Shown here one piece after another: positions 1-13,260 of a stretch of 64,000 nucleotides of DNA. This stretch comes from Hydrurus foetidus (taxonomy: Eukaryota). The notes under the pieces are model-generated. The model was not told the origin of the DNA. It worked only from the letters and a program-made list of their open reading frames with translations, and did not search any database. Numbering within the stretch: the stretch's first letter is position 1; each line of letters starts with the position of its first letter. Where the stretch lies: positions 186,001 to 250,000 of the forward strand of contig UYFQ01000056.1 in NCBI GenBank assembly GCA_900617105.1. Direction: 5' to 3'. The translations under genes and the position numbers were made by a program.

Positions 1-65
1 CCACGCACCAGTGCGACCCCAATCCTCTAAAAAAGGAACATTACCTCCACACTTCAATTGAAGAG

Positions 66-2645
66 ATGCTGGAGGATGGTGTGATCGAGAGGTCGAACGC
101 TGCATACCACAATCATCCGGTGATGGTAAATAAGACAGCCGATACGTATCGAACCTGCATCGACTATCGTGCACTCAATGAATGCATTGAGTCGGCCTCC
201 TTTCCCCTACTCAATATCAAACACCTCTTTGAGAGGATCGGTAATAAAAAAACCGGATATTTACGGAGTGATGGATTTAACCGCAGGTTATCACCAAGCA
301 CCTCTGTACACACCCCACCGAATCTATACCGCATTTATATGTTTCATGGGGGTGATTCAGTTCACGAGATTGCCTTTTGGCCCTTGTCGATCCCCCTCTT
401 TCTTTCAGGAGCAGATGGTGACAATGGTCCTTCACGGTCTCATATACAACTGTTGCGAGATGTATCTCGATGACTGTATTGTATATGGCCGGGGCGAAGC
501 AGAGTTTCTCGAGAATCTGCGCAATGTCTTTGAGAGATTTCGACTTAAGAATCTTAGGCTCAAAGCAAAGAAATGCAGATTCGGTCTCAAACGTATAGAA
601 TACGTGGGACGAATCATAGACAAAGATGGATTATCCATGTCTAAGGAGAAGATTCAGACAGTACTCAACTTCCCACTTCCTAAAGAAGTAACATCCCTTC
701 GTGGATTTCTTGGCTGAGCCAACTACTTTCGTCAATTTGTACCGTTTCATTCGGACATTGTCGAACCACTTCAAATGATGGTGGATCCAACAGCACTTAA
801 ACGTTCCCCAATATATTGGACCCCCGAGGGGACTTTGGCATTTAATGAGACTAAAATCGCGGTATCGCGTTGTCCTTTAATGTACTTCATCAATGATGAT
901 TCACCCATCAGATTATATACTGATGCATCCGACTATGGAATCGGTGGTGTACTCTTCCAAATTGTCAACACCGTGTGGAGACCAATTGCCTTTATAAGCA
1001 AATCTCTATCGACAACACAAATTAATTGGTCAACGATACAGAAAGAAGCTTATGCTATCTTTTTCTGTTGCCAACAACTCGATTATCTCATTCGAGACCG
1101 AAAGTTCACTATTCATACTGACCATATGAATTTGACTTACATGAAACAAAACCATACCTCAATGGTAACACGGTGGTTCATTGCAATGCAAGAACTTCAT
1201 TTCACCGTACACTTTGTCAAGGGGTCAGATAATGAACTAGCTGATGCCCTGTCACGGCTATGTCCGAACCTGACTGAAATTGCTCTGCCTCAGACAAGGA
1301 GGTCCTATGGTGACACGTCATCATCATCTTCTTCATCGTCATCTTACACAGTTTCCGCTTTGACGGTTATTGAACCACCGACAGATGAACAGAATGTTTA
1401 CATTCAAATGTGCCACAATGCAATTGTTGGTCACAACGGTGTCGACCGTACCCTCACTCGACTCTTTAGTCTTAACCACGTGTGGAAAAATACGAAACTG
1501 CCCATGCTGTCAGAAATTGAGCGCAGTTGATACAAAAATCAGCGCTGCTCATTTTTTCAACTTCAACACATGCTATTTTCGATACATTAAATATCGATTA
1601 TATTGGCCCATTCCCTGATAAAGGGTTTATTCGTGTCATAATTGACGCCTTCTCCAGATGGACAGAAATGTTCTGGTGTAAGGATGCTACTGCTCAGTCT
1701 GCATGTGAATGCTTACTGACTCATTTTGGTCGATTCGGATCGCCAAATATGATTAGATCCGATCGAGGATCCCACTTCGCTAATGATCTCATTAAAGAGT
1801 TCTTAGACCTTACGGGGACACCCCATAATCTCACTTTGGCTTACTCCTCACAAGAGAATGCCATTGTAGAAAGGGTCAACAAAGAAGTGAATAGACACTT
1901 ACGAGGTCTAGTGTTTGATACACCATCTCTTGAACACTATGCTAAATGCATACCATTTGTTCAACGCATCATTAACAGTTCAGTTAATCGACGAACAAAT
2001 GCAAGTCCTGCTTCGATTTTATTCGGCAATAAACTTGATTTGAATCGGGGTATTTTGACACCTCATCTATTACCCACGTTGACATCTTCGAATTCAACAC
2101 ACATCACAGATCTCATCGACATACAGGACAAGGTCCTCGATGCAGCAATTGTTTCTCTTCAGAAATGTGATGACAAACACAAAAAGTCCACACAAGGTGT
2201 GACAGTGTTCCCTATAGGGTCATATGTTCTTGTAAAACAGGAACACCCTCCCACTCGATTACACACAAAATGGAAAGGTTCTTTCCGTGTTGTCTCCTTT
2301 GAGGGATCCGAGTATGTTCTCGCGAACTTAATTACACATAAGCACAATAGTGTACATGTGAAGAATCTTAAGATTTTCAATTATGACCCATCAATGGGCA
2401 TACCTGCTAATACAGCACGTCGCGATTACATGGAGTATTTCGTTGAGAAAGTTCTTGGTCACACTGGTGATTCAAAGAAACCGACATCTATGTCGTTCCA
2501 TGTTAAATGGCTCAACTATGATAACTCACATAATACATGGGAGCCTTGGAAGAATCTCCGGCTCTGTGAAGCACTCCATGTATACTTGCGGAATAATAAC
2601 ATCTCACGTTTTATTCCCAAGAATCTTGAGGGATCAACCGATTAG
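66..2645 (+). pseudogene. pol: pol (RT, RNase H, integrase, chromodomain), broken by frameshifts and a stop
   Basis: ORFs 66-473, 169-717, 775-1530, 1527-2645: CIDYRALN, YLDD, TDASDYGIG, IRSDRGSHF, ENAIVERVN, FHVKWLNY..NTWEP. Confidence 0.93.
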
Positions 2646-3022
2646 GTTTGAGTTCGAACGTATTATCTTTTGAAGATTTTTTAGCCTAATTTTTTGCCCT
2701 TCTCTAAGGGATTTTTATGGTTTTTTAGTCAGTAAAAATCTGACATAATTACGTTTTCGACCCTCGTACAACAGTACTCTACTGTTTTTGTACAACCCCA
2801 CCTTATCTTTCGACATCGAACCCCAAGTTTTTCCAATTTTTCTTTTGTAAAACTTTTTATGTTCACTTTTATTTTGTTTCATATTTTCGATTTTGTAAAT
2901 TTTTGTATACTTTCTTTTTCGAGTAAGTTATATGATAAGTTTTGCAAAGAAACGGGGGTTTCGATTTAGTTTAGAGTTAGCTTAGATTTTTTTTCGAAAG
3001 AAAGAAAGATAAGTGGGGGTAA

Positions 3023-3217
3023 TGTGATAGTACCGGGTCCAGGGTCCCGATCCTACCGGGTACCGACTCTACCGGATCCTACCGGGTACTACTACTGTAC
3101 ACTACAGTTAGGCTGTCGTATCGTCGTAGCCATCTACAGCGTCCACTTAGAAGTTAACCTAGCTTCTAGCATAGACACCTGTAACTAAGCCTACCTCCTC
3201 TCGCCCCCCTTTCTACA
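3023..3217 (+). repeat. 3' LTR (~195 bp)
   Basis: Starts TGTGAT right after PPT gaaagataagtgggggtaa and ends CTACA; shares tagaagtt..ctagcttctagcatag..cctgtaa motifs with the LTRs at 27828 and 56411. Confidence 0.8.
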
Positions 3218-3218
3218 T

Positions 3219-4013
3219 TTGCCCGACCACACTCTGCAGACACCTACAATGGCTTCCCTGTGCGTAGAGCACAACATCATTATTGGAAAGCCACCAGCTT
3301 CTACCACATCAATCACTCAGCCTTGCGATGCGGGAAAAGTTTTCCTGTCGTCCAAAACTAAGAAACGCAACATGAAGTCCATTAGCGAGGTCCTGGAGAA
3401 GAGCATGTCTGACCGACTAAGGAGTATGATTACCTTACACGAGACCATCGTTGGAGGAAAACTACCGAGTCATCATGTGAAGTCATGCATCGAGGGGCTA
3501 CAAGTTGTTCAATACATTCTGCAGACTACACTTCGGAAGGATATTATCGTGGAGTCATTCAAGATAACCGGACAGTACGACCCAGTAGCAGGGGGGTGCA
3601 GTATAGACCGGATCCTTGGGCAATGCAAGGAAGAGTTCACCGCCCAGGAAATCAAGCAAGTACACAATGCACTGCCCCAGCTCTGCGCATTGATGAAGGA
3701 AAGTGGCGAGTTGAAAGAGACGGACTACGAGGTACTCGGTTTCGAGCAAGGAGGTCATTACCACGGCGACAGAGACAGCTTGGTGCTCAACCGCAGGAGG
3801 TATGTTTTTCTCACGAATCCAGCTGTCATTGCTAGTGAAGACGACAAACGAGTTGCCAAGATCACTGCTGCCGATTTGAGGAAAGAAAGCGCGCTGAAAA
3901 GGAAGGATGCTGCAGCTGCAAGAATTGCTGCCGGGGTAGTACCCAGGAAAAGGGCGAAGAAAAGTGCAGTGGTGGAAGCCGCTGTTGAAACCGTTGTTGA
4001 ACCAATTAATTAG
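3219..4013 (+). pseudogene. pogo/Tc5-like DDE transposase, C-terminal part, cut by the LTR element
   Basis: PPASTTSITQPCD resembles the pogo/DDE_1 third-Asp motif (P.N.T..LQP.D); basic C-terminal tail. Confidence 0.6.
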
Positions 4014-4083
4014 TTACACCGCAGACACTTGTTTCTATCGATATATTGTAACATTTAAAAATTAAATAAGTAGTGAAAAATTC

Positions 4084-4575
4084 TTAGAGAAGATGAAGCA
4101 TCACCAAGTCGAACCCATCTGGGAAGACTCCGGGGTGAAGTCGTGTTACGTATCGTTTGAGAGTCCTTCTCGAGACTTCGACGGCAGCATCTTCTGCTAC
4201 CAAGTCGACAAACTGTTCTGGATGACGCCTCTCAAATGTTGATTTGTATTCCGTCTTGATATCTGCTTTCAAGTCATCTATAGATGTGCAGGTTAAATCA
4301 ACGATATTCGACGCGATCGTTTCATGACTTTCGACATCGAGAACTCTCGGTCTACCAGCTCCAAGGCGGATTGGAATGCCGTGTCTGGTACGTTTAGCAA
4401 TGAGGTTCAGAACTTTTCTCTTGAAATGGTACCGGCGAGCAATACTTGAGGTTTTTTCGACGCCACTTATAATTCTGTTGACCATCCACTGTTTCTGTTC
4501 CAGATTGGGAGCGACTTCGCGGAAATCAATTCCAGCATGATATCCAGGTAGCTCATCCTGATTCTGATCTTCCAT
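4084..4575 (-). CDS. Stand-alone transposase-type helix-turn-helix protein (163 aa)
   Basis: ATG ORF with SIARRY...GRPRVLD...VSRRTLKRY, like Tc1/mariner paired-HTH regions; no catalytic domain. Confidence 0.5.
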   Translation of the reverse strand: MEDQNQDELPGYHAGIDFREVAPNLEQKQWMVNRIISGVEKTSSIARRYHFKRKVLNLIAKRTRHGIPIRLGAGRPRVLDVESHETIASNIVDLTCTSIDDLKADIKTEYKSTFERRHPEQFVDLVAEDAAVEVSRRTLKRYVTRLHPGVFPDGFDLVMLHLL

Positions 4576-4671
4576 GATCTCTGAAGTTGGCGAAAGTTAT
4601 TGCTGTGTTGAGCCGTTGTAATTGTCAACCGGCAATCGGGCACCTCGTCAGTATGATTAATTGTTGTTTTC

Positions 4672-4711
4672 GGTTTCGATTACGCCCAGGTTTCGATTAT
4701 GCCCCGCACTG
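4672..4711. repeat. Probable terminal repeat of the pogo-like element
   Basis: Two copies of ggtttcgattaYgccc ending in cgcactg (reverse complement begins CAGTG); partner end not visible. Confidence 0.4.
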
Positions 4712-5314
4712 GGATCAGGTCAGTGGCCAAACGTCCAAAAACACAATAATATAAGGTGTCGTGGCTGGCAACGACCGATGATATGAGATATTATAGTACG
4801 AACGGTTGACGCCCGTACTGATATCACGTACGTGTGGTTGAATTTCCCTCCGGTATACCCGGTAAATTTTTTAATTTCACGGTATAGTAAATTGGCTGGC
4901 AGATTTGTACGGATTTACGGTCTACAAATTGGCGAAATAGGCCTAATATTGGCCTAATATGACTTCTGACGAGTTGGCACAAGTTCCGGATAGTTGCCAG
5001 AAGCAGCCAATTTGCGCTTTTACGTTCTTGCGCTCTTTTTTTTGCCAGGTGTACAAATGCCTACCTCGAGGAGACACTCCTTAGGTCATTCCTTGTGGTC
5101 GGACAGAATACAGAATACAAAATAGAAAAATCTAGTAATCCTCCGAGTTCCCGTTTGTTGTGGTGACGGATTTGATTTGGAGGATTACTTTTTCTGTTTT
5201 TTCGAATACTCCAGAGGCCTAGTAGACAAAAAAAGGCCTTCGATTCTCCATGGTGAATCGTCTTTACAAAACTGCATTAGCTAATACTTTAAAGCCATAT
5301 TTAGTCACAAATAG

Positions 5315-5708
5315 CTACATTCTGAACCATGGAACAAATTGCATCTCTTCGCTCGTGCTTTGGATAACGATGGCAAGTTCGATCCGGCGAAATTCGCCCA
5401 GTATCGAAATCAGCGTTGTCAATATTTGAGGAAGAAGATGAGGAAGAAGAAGTGGTTGCACCGAAGAAAAGGAAGTTTGCGCATTGTCACTACGAGGGAT
5501 ATGACCCACAATCAGCTCTATGTTCTGAGTGGTACAACAGTTACGTGAAACATCCTGAAAAACAGAGAACTGTGACGTTTCACACTCTATTCCGAAGAAG
5601 ATTTCGGATGCCTTATAAATCATATCATGATATCGTTGCTGAGGCTAGAAATGATGACTGGTTTCCATCATACGAGAAATGCAATGCATTAGGACAGCCT
5701 GGCATCCC
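5315..5708 (+). pseudogene. PIF/Harbinger-like transposase N-terminus, interrupted by an LTR
   Basis: FRRRFRMPY motif in ORF 5416-5787; the frame runs into the LTR at 5709. Confidence 0.55.
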
Positions 5709-8617
5709 TGTGGCCTTGCTAGGTCTCAGGGCAACGGGAGCGGAGGTACGAGGGCGCGTGGACAAAGGGAGGATGCTGTGGGGCTAGTGCTATGATAGCA
5801 ATGTGGTTAGCTTACAGGTAAACACAGCAGATATCATGGCAATCAATCGTGTAGATCGGATCGTCCTCGATCCGAACCGGACGTACGCCTGTACCCGTAC
5901 AGCCCGTACAGGTGTGCGGGTCACAGTGCCCCTCTCTCTCTCTAAAGGGGTGTACTAATGACAAAATTCATCATCAAAATACTAACTATGAATAACTAAC
6001 TAACTAATTGAATAACTATTTCAGACTAAGAACATAAAGTTCCTTACTGAATAAACCTCCCGAAAATCCTTGAGGATCAAATTTAGGAGTAATCTTTATG
6101 ATTTAGTTAATCAAAAATTGGTTAATTTAGTTTTATTTTTCGCGACGAATTCGCGTGGTATTAAGTGTTTGAGGTTCTTTTTGATTAAGAACTCATGTAC
6201 TTTTTTCGCTTTACGCATGTGTGTCCATGGTTCCCATGTGTTGTGTTCATGAGTGTAGTTGAGCCACTTTACATAAAATGTGAGCGATTTGTATGCTCTT
6301 ATGTTTCCTTTCATGTCTAGGATATCCTCTATGAAGAATTCCAGATAATCTCTACGAGCAATGTCAGTTGGGTCGACATGCGTAGGATCAAAGTGAAACG
6401 GTTTCAGTTGGGTCATGTGGTACAACTTTTCTTTGTGTGTTACCAGATCGAGTAATGTATACTCTGCGAAGTTATGGCTGACAACTCGCATTGGGCCACG
6501 CCACAGTGTGTGCATGCGCGTTTCTGGTGTTGTTCTTTGTTGCACGAGCACAAATGTGTCGACTCTGAACTGTGTGATGTTGGAAGGTTGTTGTGCATTG
6601 TGCAAGTCGTCGAATTCCTTGAGTAGACGTGCGATGAGTTCATCTTGCAACGTTAACATTTTATCAGTTGACCTTGTGAGTGATTTGAAATCTAAGTCAA
6701 TTTCATCTCTCGGAAGGAGGATGTTTGCGTCGAGGTCGATCGCGTTGCCGTAGATGAGTTGTGCCGGAGACACCTTCATCCGGTCATTTACAGTTGAATT
6801 TAAGATTCGTTGTACAAACGGTAATATTTCCGCGTAGTTTTCCGTAGTCGCCCGTTCGTATGCGTACGCGGTTATGTGGCGATTGATTTCTTTGTTGATA
6901 CGTTCGACAATAGCGTTTTCTTCTGAACAGTATGGTAATATTTCGTTGTGTGTTGTTCCAACGATCTTCACAAACTCATCTATGATGTGGCTTGCGAAGT
7001 GGGGTCCATTATCTGATCGAAGTATACATGGTGAGCCGTATCGCCCCACGTGTTCTACGAGTGCTGTGCACGCTGATTTAGCTGTTGCATCAGGTGTTGC
7101 GTAGAGTTCGACAAACCTTGAGAAGGTGTCGATCATAACAAGGATATATCCTTTATCGGGAAAGGGACCAATGAAGTCTATGTTAAGGCATTCCATTGGT
7201 TTGTAGGTTGAGGTTGTGTACCGGTATGCGTTGATGGGATATTTCATCGCGGACATCTTTTGGCAACAAGGACAATTTTTAATGAATGTTTTTACTGCGT
7301 CACGCATTCCCAGCCATATGTTATTTGTTTTCTTTAAACTACGCAGCGTGCGTTGTACACCACCATGTCCGACTATCGTGTTGTGGCACGTTGCAATTAG
7401 GTTATATTGCTCTGTCGTTATTGGTTTGTGTGTCAGAATAGCTGCTATTATTCCTTTTAGGAGGCATTCTGTTTTTACATAGGCGAGACATTGCGTCAGC
7501 AATTTCATTTTGTTTTCCCGGGATGTACCCTATCGTATATTCTAGTTACTGCAGGGCCATACGCCATCTGCCGACCATCTCGTTTTTATCCTTTTCTAGG
7601 AACGTAAGATTTTTGTGGTCTGTTAGGATTGTGAATTTACGGTCTCGTAGCAGTGCGTCGAGATAAGTGCAGCAATAATATAGCGCGAAGGCTTCTTTTT
7701 GTATTACTGACCATTTCAGTTAAGTCCTGGTAAGAGACTTGCTGACAAGAGCGACGAGTTGTTTTTTTCCGTCGACTTCCTGATACAAATAGCCGCCTAT
7801 ACCGTAATCCGACGCATCGGTCATAAGGGTTATGGGCGCTGTATCGTGTAAGAAATATAATAAAGGACTCTTTGCAATTAAATCTTTCATCTTTTGAAAA
7901 GAATTTGCGGCGTCATCTGTCCAGATTAGCATTGATTGCTTTTTCGCGGCGTGATCTATCATTTTATGGAGTGGTGCTACCACGTTGGAGTGATTTGGTA
8001 CATGATCCCGAAAATAATTGGTGAGTCCGAGAAACGATCTTAGTTCGGTCGTCTTTCTTGGCATAAGAAAGTCGGTCACACCTCTTATCTTTTTGGAACT
8101 CATAGTTATACCTTCTTCAGATATTTGTTTACCATGCACATTTAGCTTAAGCTTTGCGGCTTTTAGTGAAATGTTCTTTTCTTCGAGACGTTGAAAAAGA
8201 ATTTCTAATCGTTCGCAGAATTGTTCAAATCCATTACCATAAACGATGATATCGTCGAGGTATACTTCACAGATTTGGTATATTAGTCCCAAAAGGACTA
8301 TTGAGGCCATCATTTCTTGGAAACATCAGGGGGCCCTTTTTGGTCCGAAAGGTAGTCGGGTAAAGTGGTAAATGCCCATAAATGTTATGAAAGCGGTATA
8401 CACACGTGTACTTAGAGTTCACGGTGCTTGGTGATATCCTGCCGTGAGGTCTATTACACCGAATGTGTCTGCTTTTTGTGAATCTAATCTTGCTAACATT
8501 TGTTTAATATTAGGGATTGGCCAGCTTGCTGATTCCGTTGCGTCGTTGAGGTGACGATAGTCAATACAGAATCGGTATGAACCGTCGGGCTTTGCCGCAA
8601 GTGTTACTTACGAATAG
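5709..8617 (-). mobile_element. Gypsy chromodomain element (family A), 3' part: LTR 5709-5925, PPT, degraded pol; ends within RT at another LTR
   Basis: TG...CA LTR next to the PPT (ctctctctc on +); integrase-chromodomain ORF 6111-7508; RT/RH ORF 7720-8313 (YLDD, TDASDYG). Confidence 0.92.
6111..8600 (-). pseudogene. pol: pol (RT, RH, integrase, chromodomain), frameshifted
   Basis: YLDD, TDASDYGIG, H..H..CPCC zinc finger, LRSDNG, EENAIVER, YVKWLNY..TWEP. Confidence 0.9.
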
Positions 8618-9608
8618 TGTGGCCTCACTAGGATCTAGGCACTGGGGGCGGGACGGCTGGGAGCGGGAGCAAGGGAAAGGGTGCTGGGGGAGCTATTGCT
8701 ATGGAAACAATGTGGTTAGCTTACAGGTAAACACAGCAGATATCATGGCAATCAATCGTGTAGATCGGATCGTCCTCGATCCGGTCCGAACGTACGCCTG
8801 TACCCGTACAGCCCGTACAGGTGTGCGGGTCACAGTGCCTCTCTCTCTCTAAAGGGGTGTACTAATGACAAAATTCATCATCAAAATACTAACTATGAAT
8901 AACTAACTAACTAATTGAATAACTATTTCAGACTAAGAACATAAAGTTCCTTACTGAATAAACCTCCCGAAAATCCTTGAGGATCAAATTTAGGAGTAAT
9001 CTTTATGATTTAGTTAATCAATTTTTATTTTATTTTTACCGGTTAACGGTAGTTTGCGATGAATTCGCGTGGTATTAAGTGTTTGAGGTTCTTTTTGATT
9101 AAGAACTCATGTACTTTTTTCGCTTTACGCATGTGTGTCCATGGTTCCCATGTGTTGTGTTCATGGGTGTAGTTGAGCCACTTTACATAAAATGTGAGCG
9201 ATTTGTATGCTCTTATGTTTCCTTTCATGTCTAGGATATCCTCTATGAAGAATTCCAGATAATCTCTACGAGCAATGTCAGTTGGGTCGACATGCGTAGG
9301 ATCAAAGTGAAACGGTTTCAGTTGGGTCATGTGGTACAACTATTCTTTGTGTGTTACCAGATCGAGTAATGTATACTCTGCGAAGTTATGGCTGACAACT
9401 CGCATTGGGCCACGCCACAGTGTGTGCATGCGCGTTTCTGGTGTTGTTCTTTGTTGCACGAGCACAAATGTGTCGACTCTGAACTGTGTGATGTTGGAAG
9501 GTTGTTGTGCATTGTGCAAGTCGTCGAATTCCTTGAGTAGACGTGCGGTGATTTCGATGAGTTCATCTTGCAACGTTAACATTTTATCAGTTGACCGTGT
9601 GAGTGAGT
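8618..9608 (-). mobile_element. Second family-A copy: 3' LTR 8618-8834, PPT, 3' UTR and integrase C-terminus
   Basis: Near-identical to ~5780-6680; sits within the RT of the previous copy. Confidence 0.92.
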
Positions 9609-9609
9609 C

Positions 9610-12600
9610 GAAATCTTACTCAGTAAGTTAACTTGTCCGTCCACTTTTGTAGCAATCAGACTGAAAAGAGATTTTATTCCCTTTATTGGATGTGCATCCC
9701 ATCTCTCATTTAAGTTGTCAGTGACGATGACATCCTTTTCTTTTTCTGCTCTTTCTAACATTTCAGGAGTGGCATCATGAATATCGACCAGATATCGGTG
9801 ATGGCGATTAGTAATTGTCATTGGACACTTCTTAGCATCTTCAATAAATTCTGGAATTATTGGGTACCGGTCCACGAATAAAAGGAAAAGCTGGTACGTC
9901 GTTTGGCATCTTGTACCCTCTTCTTCACCTCTTTCTAACTTTCTGTATAGTGACTTGGTTACATTGCCCTGCCCATCCACCATTGTCTTAAATGACGCTG
10001 TCGGAGCATAGTTGTGCGTGACTTCCATTCCAGTATCCTCTGACAGTGATGCAACGAAATACGCATTTCGACGACTTTTATACTGCTCTGCGCATCCGTC
10101 AGTAAAGATGATGACTCTGCTGAGTTGCAGATCTGAATATGTTTTAAGTATGTGCCTTGTGCATATGCTATGATAGTAGCTATTCGCCTCAAGTATACCT
10201 CCTTTTGCTTACCAAAAATGCCAAATTTCATTTTCTTGTATGCGCTTTTCATATTTATTTTCAAGTGTTATATTTCTTGGAGACTGAGTAGCCAAGAATA
10301 TACACTGATTTGATCTACATGGAATAGCCGTGTTCAATTTATCCTGTACGTCGTGATCTAATACTGCTGAAAAATCTGTCATTAGATTTAGTACTGCATT
10401 ACTTGACTTATTGACACATATTGTCCGTGCATGAGCATTCCAAACAACATTCCACTCATGAGGTATCGCCAATGTAGCGCAGTGAATAATGTGATTAAGA
10501 AGTTGATTACCATTCATTTTCACTTCCACAACTTCCATCTGCATACCTCGTGACCTCCCGAAGACATTCTCATATTTTCTTACTGTTACTTCAATATCTA
10601 AATTTCTCTCAATGTTGCATAGGTTGGACTCACTGAAGAAGTTGTTTACGCCACAATTGGCGCATTTCTGATGCGCGCATTCCTTTGAGTAGCACTTGAA
10701 TAGTGGTCCCCAATTAAGGAGTGGTATGCTTTTTGTTTGCCTAGCTGCACCTTCACGTTTGATGTTTCTGTTCTCTATTTTTGTTGAATACATCTCTACT
10801 TCTATATCTTTTTCAGCACTGAGTTTGATGTTTATATTTTGTTGATTCTCAATAGATTCCGATGCATTAGAATCCGCAGACAGAGACGGATAAGATGTCT
10901 TTGCACAGAGGACTGCATCCATGAAACTGCTAAGAGAAGTCGGACATCGTAAGTAGTCTTTGTTCTTATGTCCGTCACAACTGCAATTTTTCATTCCCTC
11001 TGCCACATTTTTGAATCTTCTTAAATTTCCAAGTGCTTTTAGTGAATTGATTAAATTTATTTGTACGTGGTTAGCGCAGTCACGCTGCTTTTGGGTAAGG
11101 CAGCAGGGACAGAAGGTATTCGTGAAAGATCTAAATTTAATGGTTGGTTTTTTATTAGATGGTGTTGCATCATTGCTTGTATTTGTTGTTCTTCTATTTT
11201 CATTTTTCCAATTGTGATACTCTGAGGAGGCTTGAAATAAATTATAATAGTCTTTCAATGACTGACTCTCAACATGATCTTGATGATACGATCTAGTTCC
11301 ATCATAATTACGGACGAATATTTTTGCAGTAGCAAAGGTGTCAAGCCGACACACCTCATGGCCAAAGTCACGAACAATATTCAGATCTAATTTATCTTTT
11401 CTTACTTTTCTTAACTTTGGTGATCGGGCGCGGAAAAATGCGTTTGTTTTAGAGGAATTAGTATTCTTCTTAATTACGGATTTTTCTTTTTTACGATTTT
11501 GCTCATTCATTTCTATTTCGCTATCATCTGATGTATTATCATTTTCCATTTCGCTATTACTTAATTCAACTTCATATTCGTCTATTTTAGAATAGTCGGA
11601 AGAATGAGATGACTGTGTCGACATACCATCATTTTCCACTTCGTCTTCTTCGTCCGATTTAATTTTAACAACGTCATCAAAAATAGTTCTTCTCTGCTTA
11701 GCAGCAGCCATTCTTTTCTTGGAGACACCAAGAACATCTCCGACGTCGTTATTACTAAGACTTCTAACAGACACCGCCGCAAGTAGTGTGTCCTTAGTCG
11801 CTTCTACTAGTGAGTACTTTCCTCCATAATTATTTAAACCGGATAAGTAATCTTTTAATGAATAAACAATCTTGTTATTTATTTCACTGTCATCAACCTT
11901 AATTTTATGATGAATATTAAATTGCTTTCTAATACTCTGATTAGCACATTCTATTATTTGATTTCTTTTGTCAGTACTATATTCAGTGAGTGTTGAGTCA
12001 ATACTTTTAATTATTATTTCAGTTAAGGATTTAGATAGAACTGCAGCTGTCTTCACACTTTTGAATTCTTTATTACCAGGGACCTCTAACGCTTAGCTTT
12101 CTTTTTTTACTTATCTCTTCTGCGGTCATTAAACTCTCCAAATAAGCGTTGGGTACGTGGGACCTTACAATGTCGCTATTATTACCGACAGAAATTACTA
12201 TCAGTTTCGTTTCATAATCATTCCTGCCCTCAAAGTAGAAGCATCCAATATCCATAATGTTTGTAAAATCTTTTCGGTGGGTGTTATTGTAATGCATTAG
12301 GGAAGCATAGAGTCCTTCTGTCATTCCGAAGTCTTCACATTCTCGTTTGAGAAAGATACTAATTTTTCGAGTTGCTGAAGCGATTGAGTTCTTAAAACGC
12401 CATTTTAACTTCTGATTTTGTAGATGCTTCACTATTCTACTTAAAAAGTTATTGAACTCGACAAGGACATCTTCATTTCTGACTTCATCATTGGACTGAG
12501 AGGGGATATCCTGGAAGTCGAAAAATCAATTTTGAATGTCATCAGATCACAGACTCATCATATTGGAAATCGTTTTAAACATCTCAAACAGCACTAGTCA

Positions 12601-12700
12601 AAGTTTTACTCACGCTACTTGATGGTGGCATTGATGATATGTCGTCGGAAGATGAATTTGGGGTTCATAATTGGAACTTCGGATGTCCAGCACGGGCGCA
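9610..12700 (-). pseudogene. Large DDD-type DNA transposase, probably Sola-like, frameshifted
   Basis: ORFs 12073-12432, 10209-12056, 9576-10028; CPCC...C..H, MTDFS...Q, FTDGCAEQYKS (alternative frame near 10075-10110), FKTMVDGQG; superfamily assigned from recalled motifs. Confidence 0.6.
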
Positions 12701-12787
12701 GTAATGAAAATTGACAGTTTAAATTGCTACCACTAAACTCACCATAGCCGAATTAGTCGTCACAGCCGCGGCGGAATTAGAGCTTGT

Positions 12788-13260
12788 TCAGTCCATTTTG
12801 TGCTTAAGTGATACTCTATGATGCTGGATGTGACTTTTTATGATCAGTCTCAAATAATCCTCGTTTGAGTGTGGACCGGATCCCACGATCTTGCAACCGG
12901 TGCAAGGGCAATTTCTGAGGAAAGTTTTGACTGTTTTCTTCGCTTTTAAGTTTCGTGACGTACGTTGTACATCACCATGTCCGACCGGAGCGTTATGACA
13001 ACTCCTAATGAGTTCATAGTGCTCGTTTGTCGTTAATTGTTTAACATGTAATGATGACACGAGTCCGGATTTCTTTTCCTTCCTGTTTTAATATAGGCGT
13101 GACATTGCGTCTGCAATGCCATTTTCCTTTCCAAAATTCCTCGCCAACCATTTCTTAAGTGTCTTTTTCAATAAAGATAAGATTTTTATGGTCTATGAAA
13201 ATTGTAAATTTACGGTCTCGGAGTAGTGCGTCGAGGTATTGTGGTCTCATTTTTAATCTG
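12788..13260 (-). pseudogene. Gypsy RNase H/integrase junction fragment
   Basis: CHNAPVGHGDVQRT...RNCPC, homologous to 7260-7660. Confidence 0.7.

Larger units (their letters stand above)
1..3217 (+). mobile_element. Ty3/gypsy chromodomain LTR retrotransposon, 3' part (pol, 3' UTR, PPT, 3' LTR); 5' part lies outside the window
   Basis: RT (YLDD), RNase H (TDASDYG), integrase and chromodomain in gypsy order; purine tract 3001-3022 followed by a TG...CA LTR. Confidence 0.95.
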
